Positions 1 through 7,704 of a stretch of 13,595 bases of DNA are shown here, in pieces. The stretch is taken from the NCBI GenBank assembly GCA_013416795.1, contig RQSC01001150.1:1-13595 (forward strand). The letters run 5' to 3'. The notes under the pieces were generated by a model. The model was given only the letters and a program-made list of their open reading frames with translations. It ran no database searches and was not told the DNA's origin. This DNA is from Prasinococcaceae sp. CCMP 1430. Its lineage: Eukaryota; Plantae; Prasinodermophyta. Each line of letters starts with the position of its first letter. Position 1 is the stretch's first letter. The translations under genes and the position numbers were made by a program.

Positions 1-263
1 CGGCCGCGCACGCGCCGCGAGCGCCCCGCGCCTCGTCACAGCAGAGGCCCCGAATCTCGGATCAAATCCCCACCGCACCGCGCCGCCCGTCGGAGGCGGC
101 GCCGGCGGCGTCCGCGGCGCACATCAAGAAGATAATCCAGAATCCGGAGCGCCGGCACTCGGGTATGACTCGGATACGGCTCGGTCGCGATTTCACCGGA
201 ATTGAAAATTGCGCCGCGCGTGCGAGATGCCGCACTTGCGGCGCTCTTTCTGTGGGGTGCGGC

Positions 264-298
264 GGGTGGGGTTGGAGGGGGGTGGGGGTGGGGGTGGG
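264..298 (+). repeat. G-tract array with G-quadruplex potential
   Basis: GGG-T-GGGG-TTGGA-GGGGGG-T-GGGGG-T-GGGGG-T-GGG: six G-tracts with mostly 1-nt loops, 43-77 nt upstream of ATG 341. Confidence 0.7.
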
Positions 299-340
299 CT
301 GCACACGGCACACGGCGCGCGCGGCGAGAGGCGGGCGGCC

Positions 341-1099
341 ATGGCGGACGAAGCCACGCCGGAGAGGGTGATAGTGCGCCAGGGGGCGCGCGGGCGACGA
401 GGCGGGAGCGCGGCGGCACGCTGCAGGCGGCTGTGGTCGCACGCGACCGCTGATGGCGGGAGCGCTCGCGGGGCGCGCGGGGCGGCCGCGCGAGCTGCGC
501 CGCAGTTGCTCGCGGCCGCATGTCGGGGCGGCCGCTCTGCCGCGGCGGCGCGCTCTGACGCGGCGCGAGCCGCGCGGAGGCTGACCTGCGCCCACGCGCT
601 CCTCCGTGTGGCTTTCAAACCCGCGTCTAACAGCACACTGTCCAGCAGCTCTCCGTTGGCGGTCGCCCTGCTCAGCCTCGTGCTGGCGCAGCTGCTGAAG
701 GTCGGCACGCACTACTACACCGATCGGCGGTTGGACTGGCGGCGATGTATTGGCAGCGGAGGCATGCCCTCGTCGCACGCGTCGACTGTGACGAGCGTGG
801 CGGTTTCAGTGGGGCTACACGACGGGTTCGGGTCGCACACATTCGCGGTGGCCATGGTGCTCGCGCTGGTGGTGATGTACGACGCGATGAATGTGCGGCT
901 GCAGGCGGGGAAGCAGGCGGGCATCCTCAACCAGATCCTTGTCGAACTGCCGGACGACCACCCCGCGCAAACGAAGGAGCGGCAACCGCTCAAAGAGCTG
1001 CTGGGGCATACCCCTACACAGGTGGTGGCGGGCGCTCTGATGGGGGTATTCACAGCGTATGTGATGTACGCGCGCGGGCTTGCCAACGGCGGAGTGTGA
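341..1099 (+). CDS. DUF212 / divergent PAP2 (acid phosphatase/vanadium haloperoxidase-related, YuiD-like) membrane protein, ~252 aa
   Basis: The C-terminal ~150 aa carry the DUF212 hallmarks PLAVALLSLVLAQLLK, GSGGMPSSHA, VVMYDAMNVRLQAGKQAGILN and LKELLGHTPTQVVAGALMG. ATG 341 is in good context (gccATGG). An in-frame upstream ATG at 227 is an alternative start. The Ala/Arg-rich N-terminal ~95 aa may be a targeting peptide or partly intronic. Confidence 0.85.
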   Translation: MADEATPERVIVRQGARGRRGGSAAARCRRLWSHATADGGSARGARGAAARAAPQLLAAACRGGRSAAAARSDAARAARRLTCAHALLRVAFKPASNSTLSSSSPLAVALLSLVLAQLLKVGTHYYTDRRLDWRRCIGSGGMPSSHASTVTSVAVSVGLHDGFGSHTFAVAMVLALVVMYDAMNVRLQAGKQAGILNQILVELPDDHPAQTKERQPLKELLGHTPTQVVAGALMGVFTAYVMYARGLANGGV

Positions 1100-1356
1100 C
1101 GTGGCCAACGCGAGCGTCCGCCAGGCATGCTGATGGGCGGGCGACCGCGGAGGGCCAGGCGCTCTAGACAGGCGCCGTCGTGCGGACGCGCGCAAGCGCC
1201 ACGCGCGGGCCCATAGACACAACGACGCGCGCACGCGGCAATGGTTGCCCTCTGCAGCAGGCTTGGCGAGAGCGCAGGCGCAAACATTCCCTGCTCAGTA
1301 CACATACCAATTGGACATTTTTCTTATTAGATCAACCCTCGCGCCGGCGAGGCCGC

Positions 1357-1611
1357 TCATGAGCCCTTCGTGGGCGGCGCTGGTGGCCTCGCCTTCTCGT
1401 TGCCTGTCGCACCGCCGCCAAGCGTGAAGTCCGTCACCTTGCGCTGCCGAGTGCACTTGCGCAGCGCGGCCATCGCTGCCGCGCACCCCTCGCCGCGCTC
1501 GCCGTACGCCTCGCTGGCGACGCAGTTGAGCAGTGCGAGCGCCTCGGCGCCGCACGCAGGCGGGCTTGCGGCGCTCGACGCCCCCGCAGAGGATATCTCG
1601 CCTCCGCTCAT
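1357..1611 (-). CDS. Small twin-CX9C (CHCH-type) protein, probably mitochondrial intermembrane space, 84 aa
   Basis: ATG at 1611 (MSGGEISS), TGA at 1359-1357. It contains C-GAEALALLN-C and C-AAAMAALRK-C (two exact CX9C motifs) followed by RKVTDFTL, which resembles a small conserved plant CX9C family as I recall it. Confidence 0.75.
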   Translation of the reverse strand: MSGGEISSAGASSAASPPACGAEALALLNCVASEAYGERGEGCAAAMAALRKCTRQRKVTDFTLGGGATGNEKARPPAPPTKGS

Positions 1612-1732
1612 CGCCGCCCGGCCGGGGGACCGCCCCGGCCGCGCGGTGTGGCGCCGCACGCGCGCGCCGCGGCAGCGCCGGCACCGCGCCCCTGCGAACC
1701 GTAATCAAAACGCACCGCCGCCGCAACGCAAT

Positions 1733-1841
1733 CAGGGTTTACGATAAGCGGATAAGCAATTCATTTTGAATGCCCTGCTCGATCTCTACGTCCAGAGCGC
1801 CGCACGGGAGCGGCGATGGACCTCAAAGAGTTTTTGTTTTT
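1733..1841 (+). ncRNA. Candidate small structured RNA or structured promoter element (unassigned)
   Basis: CAGGG(1733-37)/CCCTG(1773-77) encloses hairpin ATTCA-TTT-TGAAT. A second three-segment hairpin follows (CTCT/AGAG, GTCCA/TGGAC, CGCCGC/GCGGCG), ending directly in T5GT5. I recognise no match to known snRNA, SRP or MRP motifs. Confidence 0.25.
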
Positions 1842-1966
1842 GCTGCTGCTGCCGTGGCCGGCAGCCGCGCGCTCCGGATGCGGATCTCGGGTGTCCCTGT
1901 AGTACTCCGGTCTGGCGTGGGTCGATCACCGAACAATCCCCATGTAATCAGCATCCAATCCCGGTC

Positions 1967-2006
1967 TTTCGCGGCGCGGCGCGCGGGCGGGAGCGCGCGC
2001 GCGAAT
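1967..2006. promoter_or_regulatory. Two E2F-consensus-like sites (WTTSSCSS) plus a CCAAT box (1955-1959) upstream of the RecQ4 gene
   Basis: TTTCGCGG at 1967-1974 (+) and ATTCGCGC at 2006-1999 (-), about 200 nt upstream of ATG 2200 of a replication gene. Chance matches are common in CG-rich DNA. Confidence 0.3.
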
Positions 2007-2199
2007 TGATTTCGAGCGCGCCCGCGGCTGGGAGCGAATGCGCGAGCGGGCCAGTGTTGCTGGGGGGGGAGGGGAAGTACAGAGAGAGGGCGAGAGGGAG
2101 AGCCACGCCACGCCACACCGCGCGCGGCGCGCGGCCGCGGTGGTAGGCCGCGCGGCGCGCGCCGGGGAGGCGGGCCGCGCGCGCGCCGCGCCACGCGCC

Positions 2200-5013
2200 A
2201 TGGCGGCAGGGGCGGGGGCGCGCCTCGAGGAGGTGCGCGTGAGCATCAAGAGGTGGGAGAAGCGATTCGAGAAGGCGCACGGGGGGCGGAGGCCCGCGTC
2301 GGCAGACGTCAAGGCGTGCGACGAGGCTATGGCCCTGCACAAGAAGTACAGGTCGCTCAAGCGCGCGCTCGCGAAGCGAGCGGCCAGCGGCCAGCGGCGC
2401 CGGTGCGGCGGTGAGCGGGCGCCTGTGCGGGGAGTGGAGGATTCGCCAATGCGCAGGCGTGAGAGCACGCCGCAGCCTCCGCTGCCGCACGCTGACGCCG
2501 ACTCGGACAGCGATGGATCACACGTATCAGCGACGCCAGTCAAGGCCGCTCCTCAGCGCATAGACGTGCTGGCGGATGCGGAGACGCAGCTCGCGCCGCT
2601 CGCGGCGGCCAATCGCAGGCGTGTGCAAGCGCCGGCGAAGAGGTCTCTTGGGGGGATGATGCCGAAGACGAGCACGCGGCAGCCGCTCGCATCAGCGGGC
2701 GGAACGCGAAATACTGAGTCCGACGGCGCACAGCCGCCGTCAGATGTGGACATTGACGACGTCGACCCGCCGCCCGCGGCAGGCATCACAGCTGCTCCGG
2801 TGGGCTTTCTTGCAATGCCGAAACCGGCGCGCGGCTTCTTGGCGTCCAGGCTGCAGTCCTTGCCTCGCCGCTCGGAGGGCATCGACACCCCCTCGGATGT
2901 GAAAGCGGATGGGTCAGAGGAGGGCCCGTCGCCGTCGCGCGCCCCACCGCCGCCCGCACTCCCGCGGGCCATACCGAGGCAGCCTTCTGCCTACTCGATG
3001 GTGAAGCAGTCGTCGCAGCAATCGTTCTCGTTCGGTACGTCGGCCGTGCGCCAACCGACGCCGCTTGAAGGCGCCTTTGCGACGGAGCCGTCGCCGGAGG
3101 TGGTCGCCGAGGTCGGTGGCGCCCCCCCAGCGGCGCAGGCGGCGCCCACCTCCGTCCTGGCCATGCCTCGTCCGATGCGCTCTGTCCAATCTTCTCGACA
3201 GGGATCATTCCACTTCGCGACAAGGCAGGGATCGTCGCTGCAGGCGTCCAAACACGTCGACTCCGATCGAGAAGTTGTCAACGAACGCGTGCGGTCGCAT
3301 GTGACGGCGGGACCGTCGACGCGTGCGCCTGATGCCACCGGAATCCCCAGAGCGACGCCCCAGGCGACGACGCGGGCGATGCCACTTGAGGTACCAACAC
3401 CCAGCGCGTCTGGTGCAATCGCACATGAAAGGGGCAGCAGGCTCAAGACGCCTGTCAGGGTCGAGGGCGGCGGCAGCTGGGACCTGTCAGAGGACGAGGA
3501 CGCACTGGAGCCGGAGGAGCCGCCGAAGGCGGCCGCGAGGAAGCGCTCCAACCCCGGTGGTGCCGACAAGGCGACTGCGAAGGCGCCTGCCAAGCGCGCC
3601 CGGCAGGCCAAGGCGCCCGTGGCTGCGCCTGCCGAGGCTCGGAGGAACTTTGTCCGCAACGACATGAAGGGCAACGGCTACAAGAGTCGGCTCACGAGAC
3701 TCCCTGGCAAGGGCCGCCCGAGCTCTAAGAAACGCCGGGGCTACGGCAATGGCTTGAGCAAGACTGCCCATCGCCGTCGGTGGGCGCAGGAACAGGAGGA
3801 CCCACGCGTCCTGCCTGAACCTGCAGAGGCTGGCACGGATGTCGATCAGGCCGCCGTGGCCGCCTCTGACCGCGTCGATGCCGACGCTGTGGTCCTCGGT
3901 GGCTCGGAATCGTGCGCAACTCGAACAGGAAGGAACGACGCTCGTGCTGCGGCCGTCTTGCAGGCGAGCGCTGCCGCTGCCATGGCGGAGGAAGCCGAGG
4001 ACGCCGCTCTCGAGGCGGTGTCTGCCGTCACAGCGGGCGCGGCTGACAGTGCGCGGCTCACCTCCGCCTTGAAGGCCGTGTTCGGGCACGAGAGCTTCCA
4101 AGGCGCTCAGCTCGAGGTCGTGCAACGTGCCCTTGCTGGACGCGATTGCTTGCTGGTGGCACCCACGGGCTCGGGCAAGTCCGTGTGCTTCCAACTTCCG
4201 GCCGCCATTTCGCAAGGCATCACGCTCATTGTGTCACCGCTGCTCTCGCTTGTGGCGGACCAGCTGGCGTCGCTCCCGCCGTTCCTAAAGGCCCGCTCTG
4301 CTCAGGTGAGCTCCCAGCTCAGTTTCAAGCAGCAACAGCAAGTCCTCGAGCGCGTACGCGCGGGGCAAATCAGGCTGCTGTATGTGGCGCCGGAGCGACT
4401 GTCGATGGGGGGCTTCCGTGCCGCCGTGCGCGCCGCACCTGGTGGAGTCGCACTCGCTGCGGTCGACGAGGCTCACTGCGTGACCGAGTGGGGCCACTCG
4501 TTCCGTCCGAGCTATGCGCGCCTGGGCAAGGACCTGCGCGAGGGCGTCGGTGCGCGCTGTGTGATGGCGCTCACGGGCAGCTTGACACGGGCGGCGTCGC
4601 TGGAAGTTGCTTCGAACCTTGGCATTGCTGAGGGGGACATCATGTTCGCTTGCGATCGCGTCATCAACCCTGCAACGAAGCTGCGAGCGCGCTGGTGCAA
4701 AGACACGGGCTACAAGCAGCGGGCCCTTTTGCAAGAGCTCCGTGCGCAGGCCGGTCCTGCAATCGTCTACTGCTTCATGCAGTGGGAGTGCGAGGACGTC
4801 AGGCGGTTGCTGGCAGGAAACGGCATCAGCGCATGCGCCTACCACGCCGGGATGGACACCGATTTCAGAAAGTGGGCACAGAACGAATGGCTATCCGGCA
4901 AGAAGCGCGTCATCGTGGCCACCGTTGCATTTGGCATGGGCATCGACCGTGCCGACGTGCGCTCGGTGATCCACTACTCGTCTCCGAAGTCGCTCGAGAA
5001 CTACGTGCAAGAG
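2200..5013 (+). CDS. RECQL4: RecQ4-type (RECQL4 / plant RecQl5-like) ATP-dependent DNA helicase, exon 1 (938 codons; spliced protein ~1306 aa)
   Basis: N-terminal Sld2-like motif (IKRWEKRFEKAHGGRRPASADV...HKKYRSLK) and RecQ4-type NFVRNDMK basic segment. Helicase motifs: 0 (FGHESFQGAQ), I (APTGSGKS), Ia (VSPLLSLVADQ), II (DEAH) with WGHSFRPSY aromatic loop, IV (IVYC) and V (VATVAFGMGID). Motif VI is split by the intron (YVQE|VGRAGRDG). Confidence 0.93.
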
Positions 5014-5153
5014 GTCTGTTGTCGCGCGCGCGCGATATCGCGTTTCCCCTGTGGGTGGGCGCGAACGCAGCATGCGAGCGCGCGCGCGAGCACATGCATC
5101 TGGTGCTGCTGCCTCGCTGACACTCCGTGCCCTGTCTCCCTGCTCCTCCTCAG
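5014..5153 (+). other. 140-nt spliceosomal GT-AG intron, phase 0
   Basis: Donor GAG|GTCTGT, branch point CTGAC at 5117-5121, pyrimidine tract, acceptor CTCCTCAG|GTT. Splicing rebuilds the canonical RecQ motif VI QEVGRAGRDG in frame. Confidence 0.93.
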
Positions 5154-6260
5154 GTTGGTCGTGCTGGGCGCGACGGGAAGGGTGCGATGTGCGTGGCACT
5201 CCTTGACTCCGGAACGCTGTGCAAACAGCGCGCTCTGAGCCGCTCCCATGGCGTGGACGTGAGCGCCGCGGCGGCGCTCTTGCGGGAGGTGCTGAAGGCG
5301 GGCCCTGGTGGCGTCGGCCTGGTGCACATCACTTCAAAGGTGTGCGCAGGCATGGATGTCTCGCAAGAGGAGGCCGAGGGCGCGATCGCCTGGCTCGACT
5401 ACGGCGCCGGCGTGCTGGAAATGCTTCCTCGCACGCATGCTCTCGTCGAGATGCGCTTCCACAAGCAGTCTGCGAAGGAGCTCGCCGAGGTCTCCGAATT
5501 GGTCAGGGTGCTCACGAACCAGCAGAAGGGTGGCAAGTCGGGCATCTGGAAGATCCACACGCTCGATGTGGCCAACGAGCTCGGCACCACTCCTGCTGAG
5601 GTTGTCGAGATGGCACAGACATTGCAGGCTGCCGGCGAAGTGAGCTACGAGCTCAAGGACCCGTCATCGACCTTCCGACTCATGGCCACAGCGCCGAACG
5701 TCGACGACGCCGCTGGATTCGACGCTCTCGCCGTCCGGCTGTCTCGCCACATGCTGGCTGTACAAGACTCGGGCTCGGACCGGCTCGATGGCTGCGCTGC
5801 CGCGCTCGGGGCCCTCGCCGACAGCACATCTGTGAAAGACGGAGAGGCGACCCTACGGAGGACGCTCGCCAACTACTTCGGCAAGGAGCGGCGCATCGAG
5901 AAGGGGGGCACAATTCGCCGCGGCGGTGCGCTCGGTGTGGATGACGAGGTCCTGCCATTGCCGTCGGGTGTCAAAGCTACCGACAAGTGCCTGGCGGCCG
6001 ACGCCAAGGCGCTGGTGTACGGCGTGTGGAAGGACTGGCCCGAGCCTGTCATCCGCCCGCGCGCGATCGCACGCATCCTTGTGGGCGTCGCCAGCGCGGG
6101 CTTCACGCGGCAGGCGTGGCAGAAAAAGTGCAAAGACCACTGGGGCAGATATGGGAATGTTGACTTTGCCGCAGTGCTGGAGGCTTCTGAGACGGCCGTA
6201 GCGGAGGTCACCGCCGCAAAGGCGAGGAAAGCCGACCAGCCCAGCGATCAGCGGCCGTGA
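5154..6260 (+). CDS. RECQL4: RecQ4-type helicase, exon 2 (RecQ4-specific C-terminal domains)
   Basis: VGRAGRDG is followed by RecQ4/RecQl5-like blocks: MDVSQEEAEGAIAWL, GEVSYELKDP, LAADAKALV and RAIARILVGVAS...HWGRYGNVDF. Stop TGA at 6258-6260. Confidence 0.9.
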   Translation, partial: VGRAGRDGKGAMCVALLDSGTLCKQRALSRSHGVDVSAAAALLREVLKAGPGGVGLVHITSKVCAGMDVSQEEAEGAIAWLDYGAGVLEMLPRTHALVEMRFHKQSAKELAEVSELVRVLTNQQKGGKSGIWKIHTLDVANELGTTPAEVVEMAQTLQAAGEVSYELKDPSSTFRLMATAPNVDDAAGFDALAVRLSRHMLAVQDSGSDRLDGCAAALGALADSTSVKDGEATLRRTLANYFGKERRIEKGGTIRRGGALGVDDEVLPLPSGVKATDKCLAADAKALVYGVWKDWPEPVIRPRAIARILVGVASAGFTRQAWQKKCKDHWGRYGNVDFAAVLEASETAVAEVTAAKARKADQPSDQRP

Positions 6261-6311
6261 GCACCCGCGCGCCGCATGGCGTGTGTACGTGTACAACAAC
6301 ATCATACATTG

Positions 6312-6316
6312 TTACA
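6312..6316 (-). terminator. Putative UGUAA polyadenylation signal for the PILS-like gene
   Basis: TGTAA on the minus strand 10 nt after the stop, in the 65-nt AT-richer gap between convergent stop codons. UGUAA is the known chlorophyte poly(A) signal. Confidence 0.4.
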
Positions 6317-6325
6317 GCATTGTTC

Positions 6326-7569
6326 TCAGATGACATGCCTGAGCGCCTCCAGCATGAAGACGCCCGCCCACAACGTGAGCGGCAGGGGCGCGATAGCGTA
6401 CTGGAGCGCCATCAGCCGCGCCAGCGGCGCCGCGCTCGCCTCCGTCTTCTTGTTGAGCAACGCCATGGTGGGAAGATTCTGCGCCGAGGGCATGGCGCTC
6501 TGGAGCAGCAGCAGCAGGCGGAAGGCGCAGTCTGTGTGCGGGATGAAGCCCGCCGCCTCCGCTGCGCGGAATAGAGCGAGGCCGCAGGCAGGTGCGGCAA
6601 CCAGGCGGACGAACGCCACCGCTACGTACGAGCCCTTCTCTTGCCTTGCAGTCATGCCGTCCTCGTCACTCTCCAGCCCACCGTCTGCGCCGGTGTCGCT
6701 CTCCTGCTGTTTTTTCTGCCCACCGGACTTGGCGAGCGTCCATGCTAGCACACTGGCGCTCAAGGGCACCGCTGCTTCGGCGAGGGAGTCCACCGCGCCC
6801 GTGACGAAGCGCAGCGGCGCCGCAGGCCCTACAAAGAGCGATGCGAGGGGTGGCACGCGCGCGATCACCACTGCGGCGATCGCGGCCACCAGCGGGGGGT
6901 TGAGCACCGTCCTCGCCAGCTTCACTGGCGACAACTTGCCGCCTGTGACGCTGGCGACATCATAATTGGCAAGATGGAACAGGCCGACCGTCCACAGCAC
7001 CGGCGACCAAACCAGCATATACAACGACAGCAGCCCCACCCCGCGCGCGCCCTCGACGGCACCGAGCAAGGACGTGAGCAGCAGCACGGGCAACGACGTG
7101 CAGTTGTGCACGCCGCACGCAACTTCCACGCGGCGTGCGGCGCCACCGCGCAGCCCTAGAGCGCGGCTCACCGCGAATCCAAGCAGCCCGCCCGTGAGGA
7201 TGTGCGCCAGCGCGAATGCGGGAATGGCCGCGTACGTGACAAGGTCGCTCACGCCCGCCAGGGTGGGCGTCAGACGCGAGAGGTACAGAGCCGGCAGGAA
7301 GGTCGTGAACAGAAGCTTCGAGCAAGTTTTGGCAGCGTCCTCGGGTATGACGCCGCGCCGTTGCAAGACCGCGCCGATGCCAAAGAGCGTCAGCACCTTC
7401 GCGCTCGCTTGCAGCGTCACATCGCCGCCGGCCGCCGGCACCGCAGCGGTGGCCGCTGCGCGCACCGCGCTGCGCCGGGCACGTGCGGGTGCGCGAGCGC
7501 CGGGGCCGCCGGCGGGGGCCGCGCGACGCGCGCGCTGCACCGTGGCCCCCTGCCAACCACCGCTGCCAT
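6326..7569 (-). CDS. Auxin efflux carrier / PILS-like membrane transporter (Mem_trans family); 5' end unresolved
   Basis: About 10 hydrophobic helices in two halves, with family-type motifs SKLLFTTFLPALYLSRL, GVHNCTSLPVLL, LNPPLVAAIAAVVI, RLVAAPACGL and LLLQSAMPSAQNL. The supplied ORF starts at TTG 7675 and has no in-frame ATG before TM1. The best-context ATG (7569) is out of frame by one base. Confidence 0.78.
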
Positions 7570-7704
7570 CCTCTCCGCGCGCACGCGGTGTGGGCCCCCT
7601 CGCCCGCCACGAGCACGCACACGCGCGGGTGGCGCAGGCTGCTGAGTGTGCGAGTCTTATCTGATTCGCAGCCAAGGCGCGAGGTTTGGGTTGTCATTTC
7701 AGGT

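Noticed and set aside
1-125. Possible start of a divergent minus-strand gene (ATG at 124, MCAADAAGAASD...)
   Set aside because: It stops after 20 codons, no splice pattern or homology is evident, and the context is cut by the window edge.
1898-1904. TGTAGTA, resembling the U2 snRNA branch-recognition sequence
   Set aside because: Only 7 nt match; the flanks lack the U2 5' stem and the downstream TCTGTTCTT.
5014-5238. Read-through C-terminus of the 1066-aa ORF (VCCRARAISRFPCGW...)
   Set aside because: It is intron and out-of-frame sequence; splicing 5014-5153 restores motif VI and the RecQ4 C-terminus.
7550-7560. 11-nt GT...AG micro-intron that would put ATG 7569 in frame
   Set aside because: It is shorter than any established spliceosomal intron and leaves no room for a branch point. 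The other introns here are conventional.
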